The notes: a model not told the origin generated them from the sequence alone. Shown: positions 51,897 through 61,783, numbered from the stretch's first letter. The stretch is 64,000 nt of DNA from Candidatus Magasanikbacteria bacterium GW2011_GWA2_56_11 (GCA_001004885.1 LCRX01000003.1:1650-65649); one strand, 5' to 3'. A program made the numbers and translations.

Positions 51897-53336
51897 ATGC
51901 CCGACTATAAAATAGCCGACATCAAACTTGCCGACTGGGGGCGCAAGGAGATGGACATCGCCGAACAGGAGATGCCAGGTCTCATGTCTATCCGAAAAAA
52001 ATACGCCCAGAGCAAACCCCTAAAAGGCGTCAAAATCACCGGAGCGCTCCACATGACCATCCAGACCGCGGTCTTGATCGAAACCCTCCGCGCGCTGGGC
52101 GCCAAAGTCCGCTGGGCGAGCTGCAACATTTTCTCGACCCAGGACCACGCCGCGGCCGCGATTGCCAAGGCCGGGATACCGGTCTTTGCCTGGAAAGGCG
52201 AAACGCTCGAGGAGTACTGGTGGTGCACCGAACAGGCCCTAAACTTCGGCCACGGAACCGGTCCGGATCTGATTGTAGACGACGGCGGCGACGCGACGCT
52301 TATGATCCACCAGGGCGCGGAAGTAGAGGCCAAACCGGCGCTGCTTGGCAAGAGCTACAAGCAAGAAGGCCCGGACGCGCAGGAACTGATGAAACTCCTT
52401 AAAAAGGAATACGCCAAAAACCCGACGCGCTGGACCAAGGTCGCCAAAAATGTCCGCGGCGTCTCCGAAGAGACGACGACCGGCGTCCACCGACTCTACC
52501 AGATGATGAAAACCGGCCGGCTTCTTTTCCCGGCCGTGAACGTCAACGACTCGGTAACCAAAAGCAAGTTCGACAATATCTACGGCTGCCGTCACTCGAT
52601 AGTGGACGGCCTAAACCGCGCCATGGACGTCATGCTCGGAGCCAAAACCGCGGTCGTGTGCGGCTTTGGCGAGGTGGGCAAGGGCTGCGCCCAGGCTCTG
52701 CGGGGCCAAGGAGCCCGCGTGATCGTAACCGAAATCGATCCCATCTGCGCGCTCCAGGCGGCGATGGAAGGTTACGAGGTAACGACACTTGAGGACACGC
52801 TCGGACGGGCCGACATATATGTTACCACTACCGGCAACAAGGACGTGATTACGCTTGAACACCTGAAACAGATGAAAGACCAGGCGATCGTGTGCAATAT
52901 CGGGCACTTCGACAACGAAATCCAGGTCGAGAAGCTTAACCGGGCCAAGGGAGTGAAACGGGTCAACATCAAGCCGCAGGTAGACAAATATATCTTTCCG
53001 GCCGCCTCCGTCAGTGCTTCGGGGAGCCGAAGCAAAAAAGAAATCTACCTTCTCGCCGAAGGCCGGCTGGTGAACCTGGGTTGCGCCACCGGACACCCGA
53101 GCTTTGTCATGAGCAACTCATTCAGCAACCAGGTACTGGCCCAAATCGACTTGTGGGCCAACCGGGACCGCTATGAGATCGGGGTCTACCGCTTGCCCAA
53201 ACACCTGGATGAAGAGGTAGCCCGGCTCCACCTGGAAAAGATCGGGGTCAAGCTCACGAAACTTACAAAAGATCAGGCGAATTATCTCGGGGTCGAGCAA
53301 AACGGACCGTACAAGCCGGAGCACTACCGCTATTAG
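51897..53336 (+). CDS. ahcY: Adenosylhomocysteinase
   Basis: [43 protein letters not shown]. Confidence 0.98.
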   Translation: MPDYKIADIKLADWGRKEMDIAEQEMPGLMSIRKKYAQSKPLKGVKITGALHMTIQTAVLIETLRALGAKVRWASCNIFSTQDHAAAAIAKAGIPVFAWKGETLEEYWWCTEQALNFGHGTGPDLIVDDGGDATLMIHQGAEVEAKPALLGKSYKQEGPDAQELMKLLKKEYAKNPTRWTKVAKNVRGVSEETTTGVHRLYQMMKTGRLLFPAVNVNDSVTKSKFDNIYGCRHSIVDGLNRAMDVMLGAKTAVVCGFGEVGKGCAQALRGQGARVIVTEIDPICALQAAMEGYEVTTLEDTLGRADIYVTTTGNKDVITLEHLKQMKDQAIVCNIGHFDNEIQVEKLNRAKGVKRVNIKPQVDKYIFPAASVSASGSRSKKEIYLLAEGRLVNLGCATGHPSFVMSNSFSNQVLAQIDLWANRDRYEIGVYRLPKHLDEEVARLHLEKIGVKLTKLTKDQANYLGVEQNGPYKPEHYRY

Positions 53337-53353
53337 ACGGCTTACCCATCGTC

Positions 53354-53379
53354 AAAGCCCCGACCTGGTCGGGGCTTTT
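53354..53379 (+). terminator. Terminator after ahcY
   Basis: aaagccccgacc-t-ggtcggggctttt. Confidence 0.75.
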
Positions 53380-53451
53380 GCATGCCGGGTGGAGGGGAAT
53401 TGAAAAAATATCTAAAATAAGGTTAAATAAGGGATATTAATTACTCGTTTT

Positions 53452-54144
53452 ATGCCTATAAAAAGCTACCGCTATCTGGACATCATTACCATCGCCTTTG
53501 TAACCGTTCTCTTGCTCTCGAACATCATCGCCGTCAAAATAGTCTCGCTCGGGGCGCTCGCTCTTCCGGCGGCTGTTTTTCTCTTTCCGCTCTCCTATAT
53601 TTTCGGCGATATCCTGACCGAGGTCTACGGCTACGCCAAGGCGCGCCGGGTGATCTGGACCGGGTTGGCGGCCAATGTTTTTATGGCGCTCGTCTTTATG
53701 GCAGCCAGCGCCTTGCCGCCCGCCGCGCCCTGGCCGCTCCAGGAGGCGTTTGCGAGCATCCTCGGCCAGACGCCGCGGATAGTGGCCGCGAGCGTTATCG
53801 CCTATTGGGCCGGCGAATTTCTGAACTCGTACGTACTGGCCAAAATTAAAGTAAAAATGCAGGGCCGCCGGCTGTGGATTCGCACTATTGGTTCAACCGT
53901 CGTCGGCGAGGCGATAGATACCGCCCTGTTTATTTCCCTCGCTTTCGGCGGCGTTTTGCCCGGCAGTCTGGTTATTACGATTATGATCTCGAGTTATCTC
54001 GCCAAGGTAGCGCTCGAAATTATACTCACGCCGGCGACTTACGCCGTGGTACGGACTCTCAAGCGCGCCGAAGGCGAAGACTACTATGACACGGCGACTA
54101 ACTTTAACCCTTTTCACCTGCGTGATCGGTCGGCCGCATCCTGA
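53452..54144 (+). CDS. Queuosine precursor transporter (YhhQ/VUT family)
   Basis: SNIIAVK, FPLSYIFGDILTEVYG, PRIVAAS, RTIGSTVVGE..DT. Confidence 0.93.
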   Translation: MPIKSYRYLDIITIAFVTVLLLSNIIAVKIVSLGALALPAAVFLFPLSYIFGDILTEVYGYAKARRVIWTGLAANVFMALVFMAASALPPAAPWPLQEAFASILGQTPRIVAASVIAYWAGEFLNSYVLAKIKVKMQGRRLWIRTIGSTVVGEAIDTALFISLAFGGVLPGSLVITIMISSYLAKVALEIILTPATYAVVRTLKRAEGEDYYDTATNFNPFHLRDRSAAS

Positions 54145-54149
54145 TAATT

Positions 54150-55379
54150 ATGTTCCTGGACGCCTCCATTCTGATTCTTCTGATTGCTGCCTCAGCTTTT
54201 TTTTCGGCGTCGGAGATAGCCTTTGTCTCGCTGTCGAACGCCAAAGTGGATGACATGGTACGCCGCTCTGTCCCGCGATCCCGGCTTATCCAGAAACTTA
54301 AAAGCGAGCCGCGCCGGCTGCTTATTACCGTCCTTATCGGCAATAACCTCGTCAACATCGGCGCTTCTTCGCTCGCGACCGTGCTTTTTGCCCGGCTTTT
54401 CCAATCGACGGCCGTGGGTATAACGACCGGCATCATGACGCTCGCTATCCTAATCTTCGGGGAGATTGTGCCCAAGGCCTACGCCACAAACCACAACAAA
54501 AAAATCGCCGCTCTGGCGGCGCCGATTCTGCGCGCGCTCGCCTGGATGTTTCATCCGCTGGTGGTGATATTCGGGTATCTTACGACCGCTCTCGCCGGCG
54601 CCCCCAAAGAGGAGAGCATCACCGAAAATGAAGTCCGCGCGCTGGTATTGGCCGGGAGCCGGCAAGGAACAATTGAAAAAGAGGAACAAGCCATTATCGA
54701 GCGCCTGTTCGCTTTCAACGACATTACCGCCGAAGACATCATGACCCCGCGCGTCAATGTGGCCTATATCGAGGACGCATCCACCATCGCCCAGGCGGCC
54801 GCCGTGATCGCCCGCAATCCGCACACCCGCTTCCCGGTGGTGCACGAAACCCCGGACGATATTATCGGCTTCGTGCACTCGCGCGACGTTCTTTTGGCGC
54901 TTAACCAGGACCGGGACGCCGATCCGGTAACCAAAATTGTCCGGCCGATCATCGCCATCCCCAAGCAAATGCGCCTCGACGACCTAATGCGCGAATTCCA
55001 AAAGAAAAAAACCCACCTGGCGGTCGTGCTCGACGAGTTCGGCGGCACCGAGGGCATTGCCACGCTTGAGGACGTTATCGAGGAGCTGGTCGGTGAAATC
55101 ACCGACGAGTACGACGTGGACAAGCATTTTATCCAACGGCTCGACAAGAACACCATCATGGTTTCAGGCGACACTCTTATCCGCGATATCAACCACTTCT
55201 TCAATATTGCCATCCCGGGTGATCCGCTCGACACCATCGCGGAAGTTCTGCTCGACAAACTGCAGGTCGTGCCCCGTCCGGGGATGTCGGTCTCCTTTAC
55301 CGAGGTTACTGCCGCCATACACGAAGTGCGGCGGCGGACTATCGGCCTGGTGAAAATAATCAAGTCCAGTTCGGTCTAA
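54150..55379 (+). CDS. HlyC/CorC (CNNM) family transporter
   Basis: FFSASEIA, GEIVPK, CBS pair, DEFGG, EDVIEELVGEI.DE. Confidence 0.93.
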   Translation: MFLDASILILLIAASAFFSASEIAFVSLSNAKVDDMVRRSVPRSRLIQKLKSEPRRLLITVLIGNNLVNIGASSLATVLFARLFQSTAVGITTGIMTLAILIFGEIVPKAYATNHNKKIAALAAPILRALAWMFHPLVVIFGYLTTALAGAPKEESITENEVRALVLAGSRQGTIEKEEQAIIERLFAFNDITAEDIMTPRVNVAYIEDASTIAQAAAVIARNPHTRFPVVHETPDDIIGFVHSRDVLLALNQDRDADPVTKIVRPIIAIPKQMRLDDLMREFQKKKTHLAVVLDEFGGTEGIATLEDVIEELVGEITDEYDVDKHFIQRLDKNTIMVSGDTLIRDINHFFNIAIPGDPLDTIAEVLLDKLQVVPRPGMSVSFTEVTAAIHEVRRRTIGLVKIIKSSSV

Positions 55380-55417
55380 AGCAAACTTCGGCCGCCAGGG
55401 CCAGGTAAATGTCGGTT

Positions 55418-56212
55418 ATGTCCAGAAAATATCTGGTGGCCTACGCCAACGGCCTGTCTAGCGCTTTTCAATACCGGCTCAACCTGGGGCTGTTGTTTGT
55501 CAGCCATCTGGTTAGCCTTTCGGGCCTGGTCTATCTTTGGCTAGCCGTTTACGCCGCCGGCGAGAGCCTGCCCGGCTACTCTTTGCCGGAAATAATTACC
55601 TACTACCTGGTGCTCACGGCTCTGCGCATTACCATAGCCGACGGGATCGGAATGGGGTTCAAAGTATCCGAAGATATTCGGGAAGGCCTGATTACCCATT
55701 ACCTCTTGAAGCCTTTCAGCTATTCTCTGGAACAAGGTCTGCTGCTCGCCGCCCAGGCCAGCATCAACCTGGTCTTTGCCTTGCCCCCGTTCATTATTTT
55801 GGGATTATTCATAAACCGGTTTATCGAGCTGCCCGACCTTGGCGATATCGCGGCTTTTGCGCTGCTGACGTTAATCGGCCTGATCTTTTATTACCTAGTT
55901 TATTTATTATCAGCTTTCTCGTCTTTTTGGATCGAAAAAGGCAGCACCGCTATCTATGCCATGATTGTCGTCAGCCTGCTCCTCAGCGGTTCGCTCCTGC
56001 CTTTGGATCTTTTTCCGGACTGGTTCCAAACCGCGAGCCGGTACGCGCCCTTTCAGTATCTCATGTACGTGCCGATCCAGGGATTCTTAGGCCAGATCAC
56101 CGACTGGAGCCGGACGCTGGCGGTTGCCGCAGTCTGGATAGTCCTTTTGGCGGCGGCAGCCCGGACCGTCTGGCTCCGGGGCCTCAAAAAATACGAAGCT
56201 GCCGGCCGGTAA
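55418..56212 (+). CDS. ABC-2 family permease (ABC2_membrane_6-like), pair 1 subunit A
   Basis: QYR.N, DIREG....LLKP, SG...PLD.FP, PF. Confidence 0.85.
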   Translation: MSRKYLVAYANGLSSAFQYRLNLGLLFVSHLVSLSGLVYLWLAVYAAGESLPGYSLPEIITYYLVLTALRITIADGIGMGFKVSEDIREGLITHYLLKPFSYSLEQGLLLAAQASINLVFALPPFIILGLFINRFIELPDLGDIAAFALLTLIGLIFYYLVYLLSAFSSFWIEKGSTAIYAMIVVSLLLSGSLLPLDLFPDWFQTASRYAPFQYLMYVPIQGFLGQITDWSRTLAVAAVWIVLLAAAARTVWLRGLKKYEAAGR

Positions 56213-56215
56213 ATT

Positions 56216-57001
56216 ATGAAATACTTTTCTCTCTATCTCGCGTTCTTCCGGGCGAACTTGATGAAAGACATGGCCTACCGGGGCAACTTTCTTTTAGGCT
56301 CCTTGACTACGGCCCTGGAGTCGCTCATGGTCTATTTCGGCGTGGCGGTTCTTTTCCGCCACGTTACGACCATCGCGCAGTGGACCTATGAAGAGATGCT
56401 CATTCTCCTCGGGGTCTACATGATCAGCAACAGCGCGGCCTGGCTGCTCTTCCGGGCGGGCGTGTCCGATCTGGACCGGACAATTAACCGGGGCGACCTC
56501 GATTGGTACCTGGTCAAGCCGATCGATGCCCAATTCCTCTCCACCGTTACCCGCATAGATATAGAAGACGCGGCGCGCTCGCTGGTCGGATTGGTGCTGG
56601 TCGGTTTGGGCCTCTATCGAGGCACGGCCGAGGTAAGTTTCTGGAGACTTTTAGCCTTTGTCATCACTTTTCTGGCCGGCCAGGCGATCCTCTATAGCAT
56701 CCAGCTCGCTCTCAAAACCGTCAGCTTCAAATCGCTCCAGGGCTGGGCCACCAACAGCATCGCTTTCCGCTTTCACGATCTGGCGCAATACCCGACGGAT
56801 ATTTACCGCGGCCTCATGCGCGTCGTCTACACGTTCGTTTTGCCGCTCGCCTTCATCGCCACCGTGCCGGCCAAGGCGCTGATCGGCGAGATCACCGCCG
56901 GACTTTTCGCCCTCTCGCTCCTCATCGCCGCGGCCGCTCTGGCCATCACCCGCCTGATCTGGAAACGGGCGCTGCGGACTTATACGAGCGCGTCGAGTTA
57001 G
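56216..57001 (+). CDS. ABC-2 family permease, pair 1 subunit B
   Basis: AYRGNF, W...E, INRGDLD.YLVKP, YP.DIY, PLAFIATVPA. Confidence 0.87.
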   Translation: MKYFSLYLAFFRANLMKDMAYRGNFLLGSLTTALESLMVYFGVAVLFRHVTTIAQWTYEEMLILLGVYMISNSAAWLLFRAGVSDLDRTINRGDLDWYLVKPIDAQFLSTVTRIDIEDAARSLVGLVLVGLGLYRGTAEVSFWRLLAFVITFLAGQAILYSIQLALKTVSFKSLQGWATNSIAFRFHDLAQYPTDIYRGLMRVVYTFVLPLAFIATVPAKALIGEITAGLFALSLLIAAAALAITRLIWKRALRTYTSASS

Positions 57002-57150
57002 AGCCCACTCCAAAAATAATTCGGAGCCGGTTTTGAGCGAAAAATGTCCGGGTTGAAGTAGGCATAATGGTATTATGGCGACGAAACCCCGGAAATTTTT
57101 CGCTCAAAACCGGCTCGAAAATGAGCCAGAATTATTTTTGGGAGTGGGCT
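57002..57150. repeat. ~150-bp imperfect palindrome (MITE/REP-like)
   Basis: agcccactcc/ggagtgggct, aaaaataattc/gaattattttt, gagccggttttgagcgaaaaat/atttttcgctcaaaaccggctc. Confidence 0.85.
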
Positions 57151-57157
57151 AAATAGT

Positions 57158-57949
57158 ATGAAACACAGAATTTTATTCAAAAACTACCTCAGCCATTTTC
57201 TCGCCTACCGTGCCCGGGTCGGTATCTGGGCCGTAACCGACGTCGCCGAGTTTCTCGTCTTCCCGTTTATCTGGCTAGCTGTCATAACCGATAATATCGG
57301 CATCGAGGGGTACGGCCGCGCCGACATTATAACTTACTATTTGATAGCCGCCTTCGTCAGCCTGGTCTTCACCTCGCACCCGGCGCGCAAAGTCAAAGAA
57401 GACATTATGCAAGGCGGCCTCAACGCCTTCCTGGTCAAACCCCTGGGGCATTTTAGCCGGCACCTAATTGAACAGGCTACATACAAAATTTTATCCTTAG
57501 GCATAGGATTGGGCCTCATGCTGCCGCTCGTCTACTTTCTGCCGGAATATACGTATCTGCCGCTATCCTGGACAACTTGGGTGTTTTTTACTCTGTCCCT
57601 CTTGATTGCGTTTTTTGTCTCCCACCTGTTGGAGTATACCCTCGGCCTCGCCTCGTTCTGGTTCGGCGAAATCCGGGCGCTCCAACACGTGCTTGAGATT
57701 GCCTCGATTTTGTTCTCCGGCCGACTGGCGCCCCTGGTGTTCTTCCCTCCGCTGTTCGCGAGCCTAGCCGAATGGCTGCCGTTTGCCGCTTTGGCGTCTA
57801 TTCCGGCGGACATTTACCTTGAACGGATGACCGCTGCCGAGTCAGTCGGTCAGTTGTCCATCTCCGCCCTTTGGCTATTCGTCTTGTCTGGCCTGGCCAT
57901 CCTCGCATGGAAAAGGGGCTTACGGCGTTATGAAGGTATTGGCATATGA
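57158..57949 (+). CDS. ABC-2 family permease, pair 2 subunit A
   Basis: AYR, DIMQGGL..FLVKP, FSG.LAPL.FFP, LPF. Confidence 0.87.
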   Translation: MKHRILFKNYLSHFLAYRARVGIWAVTDVAEFLVFPFIWLAVITDNIGIEGYGRADIITYYLIAAFVSLVFTSHPARKVKEDIMQGGLNAFLVKPLGHFSRHLIEQATYKILSLGIGLGLMLPLVYFLPEYTYLPLSWTTWVFFTLSLLIAFFVSHLLEYTLGLASFWFGEIRALQHVLEIASILFSGRLAPLVFFPPLFASLAEWLPFAALASIPADIYLERMTAAESVGQLSISALWLFVLSGLAILAWKRGLRRYEGIGI

Positions 57950-58734
57950 GAAAATACCTCTTTATTTATCTAACTCTTTTAAAAAATGCCTTCTCGTACG
58001 AAGCACAGTACCGGCGTGACACTTGGCTGCATTTAGCCTCCAACTTTCTCTACCTTGGCCTGCTGTCCGCCACAATTGAAGTGGTTTTCCGGCATACGCC
58101 GGAACTTAACGGCTGGAGCCGGGAAGAGACTTACCTTTTAATGCTTCTTTGGATTATCGCCGACGAACTGTTTACCATGGTCTCCAAGCATAATCTCTGG
58201 AACCTGCCTGGCCTCGTTACCGACGGCGCGCTGGACGCCTATCTCACCAAGCCGGCAAATACCTTGTTCCTAGTCAGCACCAAGATATTTCTCATGCGCG
58301 CGGGATACCGCCTATTTATACAAATTGGATTCCTCGTTTGGCTGGTCTGGAGTTTTGATTTTGCTCCTTCCCTCTGGCACGGTGCTATGGCCATAGTTTT
58401 AGTGATAGGCGGCGCCTTGGTTCACTATTCTTTCTCGCTCATTCTCAATACTCTCAGTTTCTGGTGGCTCAGAATAGACAACATCAACGATGCCTGGGAG
58501 AGTCTGAGCAATATGGGCCGCTACCCACTCGGAATTTTTCCCAAATTTGTTCGCGTGCTTTGCCTCACTTTCCTGCCGATCGCGTTCATCGGCTATATCC
58601 CGGCTGCCGCCATGACCGGCCGGGCCGGGTGGTGGCTGATACTGTATGCGTTTGCCTTTACCGCGCTCATATTCTATTTCGCGGTCAGTTTCTGGAAGTA
58701 CGCCCTCCGGCGCTACACCAGCGCCTCGAGCTAA
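57946..58734 (+). CDS. ABC-2 family permease, pair 2 subunit B
   Basis: QYR, GW...E, DGALD.YLTKP, RYP..IFP, RRYTSASS. Confidence 0.87.
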   Translation: MRKYLFIYLTLLKNAFSYEAQYRRDTWLHLASNFLYLGLLSATIEVVFRHTPELNGWSREETYLLMLLWIIADELFTMVSKHNLWNLPGLVTDGALDAYLTKPANTLFLVSTKIFLMRAGYRLFIQIGFLVWLVWSFDFAPSLWHGAMAIVLVIGGALVHYSFSLILNTLSFWWLRIDNINDAWESLSNMGRYPLGIFPKFVRVLCLTFLPIAFIGYIPAAAMTGRAGWWLILYAFAFTALIFYFAVSFWKYALRRYTSASS

Positions 58735-58842
58735 AACTTACTTCAAAATGAGGTCATCTCTGGCAAGCGGGGCCGGCAGATTAAATTTTGAGCTCCGAGG
58801 ACGAGTGCGAGAGCGAAGCGGGTATCCCTCCGCAGGAGCTCG

Positions 58843-59598
58843 TCCCGCGAGCTCACCTACCGGCTCGATTTCGCGCTCGGGCGCCTGCGCCACCTGGTGG
58901 TGCTGCTTTTGCTCTATTACGTTTGGCGCACGCTCACCTCCGGCACAGGCGCTTTTGCCCTCTACAGCGATGAGCAGCTCATGACTTATCTATTCGGCGG
59001 CAATATTCTGCGCGCTTTTGTCTTCGGCACCCAGTCGCGCCGCGTCGCTCTCGAAATAAACGACGGCGCCTTCTCTCAGTACCTGGTTAAACCGGCCAAT
59101 CATTTCTGGTACTGTTACGCCCGCGAGCTGGCCGGAAGAATTTTGGCGACCATAAGCGCGGCAGTTGAAGCGGCCGGCATTTCTTTGCTGCTCGACATAA
59201 ATTTTTTCTGGCAAACAGATCCAGTTCTCTTGTCCTGGTTCGCGCTCGCCGTCCTCCTGGCTCACATTCTCTACTATTTCCTCAGCTACGGCATGAGCCT
59301 CATCGCTTTTTGGTCGCGCGAGGCCATGGGACCGCGTTTTTTGTTTGAGTGGCTCCTGGAGTTTGCCTCGGGCGCGTATTTCCCTTTGGATATACTCAAA
59401 GCCGCCTTTGCGCGCATCTTCATTTTTCTGCCTTTTGCCTATCTCATTTTCTCTCCTCTAAGCCTGTACTTGGGCGGCAGCGGACCACCGGGCTGGATTG
59501 TCGCCGCCTGGCAGCTCCTCTGGATAGCTATCGCTGCCCTGTCGGTATTTTTCTTGTGGCGCCGGGGACTCCGGCGCTACTCCGGGGAGGGAATTTAG
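58843..59598 (+). CDS. ABC-2 family permease, pair 3 subunit A; 5' end uncertain or disrupted
   Basis: SRELTYRLDF lies in frame upstream of the first start (GTG 58897); EINDG.FSQYLVKP, SG.YFPLD, LPF. Confidence 0.78.
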   Translation, partial: SRELTYRLDFALGRLRHLVVLLLLYYVWRTLTSGTGAFALYSDEQLMTYLFGGNILRAFVFGTQSRRVALEINDGAFSQYLVKPANHFWYCYARELAGRILATISAAVEAAGISLLLDINFFWQTDPVLLSWFALAVLLAHILYYFLSYGMSLIAFWSREAMGPRFLFEWLLEFASGAYFPLDILKAAFARIFIFLPFAYLIFSPLSLYLGGSGPPGWIVAAWQLLWIAIAALSVFFLWRRGLRRYSGEGI

Positions 59599-59599
59599 T

Positions 59600-60382
59600 A
59601 TGCGCTACGCCCGCGTCTGGAAACAACTGACCGTGTGTTCATTCTCCACCTGGTCGTCCAACCGTCTGGACGCCGTTACCTATTGGCTGGGCAAACTTAT
59701 CCGCTTCGGCTTTTTTTGGCTGTTCGTCGCCTCGGTCTTTGAATTCACGCCGGCTTTTGCCGGCTACGGAAAATACGAGGTCCTGCTTTTCTTTTTGACC
59801 TTCAATCTGGTGGACGTGGTTACCCAGGCGTTTTTCCGCGGCATTTACCTGTTCAGCGACGATATCAACAAAGGCAACTTCGACTTTGTGCTCACCAAGC
59901 CGGTAAACCCGCTGTTCTATTCTCTGGCTCGCCTGACCGACCTGCTGGATTTTATTTTTCTTATCCCCCTCGTCGGCTTTCTCGCCTACGTAATCGCCAA
60001 GCTCGGGCTCGACCTCACTCTGGCCTCTTACCTGCTTTATCTGGCATTCGTCGGCGTCGGCATCATTTTGGCGCTCGCCATACATATTCTCTCGGCCGCG
60101 GCCACTATGTGGACCATGGAGAGCGATCACATTATCTGGCTCTACCGCGAAACCATGACCGTCGGCCGTTTCCCGCCGGAGGTTCTATCGCCCGCGCTGC
60201 AATTTGTCTTTACCTATCTTATGCCGGTTATTCTCATCGTGGCCTATCCGGCGAAAATCATACTGGGTCTGATCGGCCCGGGAGATATTGCCCGCCTCGG
60301 CGCGGTGACGGTCATATTCACGACCGTGGCTCTCGGGCTCTGGCGGGTGAGCCTGCGGCACTACGCGAGCGCTTCGAGCTGA
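59600..60382 (+). CDS. ABC-2 family permease, pair 3 subunit B
   Basis: INKGNFDFVLTKP, RFP.EV, RHYASASS. Confidence 0.87.
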   Translation: MRYARVWKQLTVCSFSTWSSNRLDAVTYWLGKLIRFGFFWLFVASVFEFTPAFAGYGKYEVLLFFLTFNLVDVVTQAFFRGIYLFSDDINKGNFDFVLTKPVNPLFYSLARLTDLLDFIFLIPLVGFLAYVIAKLGLDLTLASYLLYLAFVGVGIILALAIHILSAAATMWTMESDHIIWLYRETMTVGRFPPEVLSPALQFVFTYLMPVILIVAYPAKIILGLIGPGDIARLGAVTVIFTTVALGLWRVSLRHYASASS

Positions 60383-60418
60383 ACAAAAAAACGACGCCGG
60401 TCGGCTCCTCTGAGCTTT

Positions 60419-61313
60419 TTAGTGGGCCTTGTTTATCCATACCTCATTTTTCAATTCCTCTTCTATTTTATAACCCTGGCAATGGCCTAGAATACCCAGG
60501 TAAGATTGTACGGTCTGGTCCAGCCGGTAATCATCGCCAATGCCCCGGTTAAACTCATCTGTCTTCCGGCGCACCTTGGCGAACATCCGGTGTTTGGTTT
60601 TGGCGCGGATTACCCGGTAGCGCGGCAAAAGAACATCCCCGAGCCAGTCTAAAATCATCGGCGTAGCGAAAATAATAATGTTCCCGTAAATGATGTTTGA
60701 CGAAATAATCGAGCTCGGAAAGGTAGACATTGGCGAAAATCTGACTCGTCAAATTGCCGATTGGCATCCCCTTTCCCGACATCCCGGGCGTAGAAAAACT
60801 TCGTATCACTTTTTCTACAAGCCACATAACTTCGGTGTCCCCTAGTTTATTTATAAGCAACTGCAGCAAAATCTCATGGTCAACCGACGCAAAGAATTTT
60901 TTAATGTCCATCTTGAGAGACCACACCGTTTGGTTATGATTCTTACTGGCTTTCCTTAATGCCCTATCTACCGCGCCAACCGCCACATGAACCCCTTTGC
61001 CCCTCTGACACGAATACGAATGATGAATAAACGTCGGCTGGAGTATTGGTTCCAAAAACCGGAACAGAAGGTGATGCACAATACGATCCCGTACCGTTGC
61101 CTTGTTAATGATCCGAAATTTGGGGTCATAAATGTGGAAGGTCTCATACCCTTGATGTTGGTATGTTTTTGTGCTAAGCTCGTCCTGTAATTGAAAGAGA
61201 TTATCCTCTAAATATCTCTCAAAGAGGAGGACATCGGCTTTATTCTGTTTACCTTTTCTAAATTCGTACCAGGCATCGAGTATATTTTCGAGCCTAATCA
61301 GTTTTGAGTACAT
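60419..61313 (-). pseudogene. DGR-type reverse transcriptase with a deletion and frameshift after YADD
   Basis: DPKFR.I....VRDRIVHH, KMDIKKFFASVDH, GMPIGNLTSQIFAN (DGR-type SQ motif), YADDF; the C-terminal DWLG.VLLPRYRV.R.KTK...QSYLG.L.H continues in another frame. Confidence 0.9.
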
Positions 61314-61320
61314 AGTTTTT

Positions 61321-61726
61321 ATGATCACCAATACCACCAAGGAAAGCCCCCCCCCCTCAGCAATTTTTACGAACAGGTTCTTCTCAGGTAGATGAAGTGC
61401 CAATCTTAAAGAAAACAATTGATTTGTATAAAACGTACTATGTATACGCGCAGCTCTTCCCGAAGAAAGATAAGTATACACTCGGTGCAACGTGTGAGCG
61501 TTACCTAATTTCGGTTATTGAACTATTACTTGAAGCAACCTACCTGCCCAAAGAAACGAAACGGGCTAGGCTTATGCTTGCCAACAGTAAATTTGAAGTC
61601 CTGAAAGTATTTATACGACTTCTCAAAGAGCTGAACGTTATTGACCAGAAAAAATATATCATCCTCCAAACCATGATCCAGGATATTGGGAGGATGTTTG
61701 GCGGGTGGATGAGATCGCTCACCTAA
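61321..61726 (+). CDS. avd: Avd (DGR accessory, four-helix bundle); open from GTG 61397, upstream ATG 61321 out of frame across a C10 tract
   Basis: PILKK..DLYK...FPKKDKYTLG...L...IRL..EL.....KY......DIGRMFGGW. Confidence 0.9.
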
Positions 61727-61741
61727 ATGACCGAATACAGC

Positions 61742-61769
61742 GAAGCCTCGACGTATGTGTCGAGGCTTC
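61742..61769. terminator. Hairpin between the avd stop and the TR 3' end
   Basis: gaagcctcgac-gtatgt-gtcgaggcttc, 11-bp stem. Confidence 0.7.
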
Positions 61770-61783
61770 TTTAGGCTATAGGC

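Noticed and set aside
53380-53451. preQ1 riboswitch before the queuosine precursor transporter
   Set aside because: No preQ1 stem-loop plus A-rich tail pattern seen
1-60400. Additional VR copies for this TR
   Set aside because: No second match to the invariant tccggcggggtggtcgtgctctgg segment noticed by eye; a BLASTn would be needed to exclude it
60419-61313. Group II intron or retron interpretation of the RT
   Set aside because: The LTSQ motif, adjacent Avd and adenine-specific TR/VR pair identify a DGR
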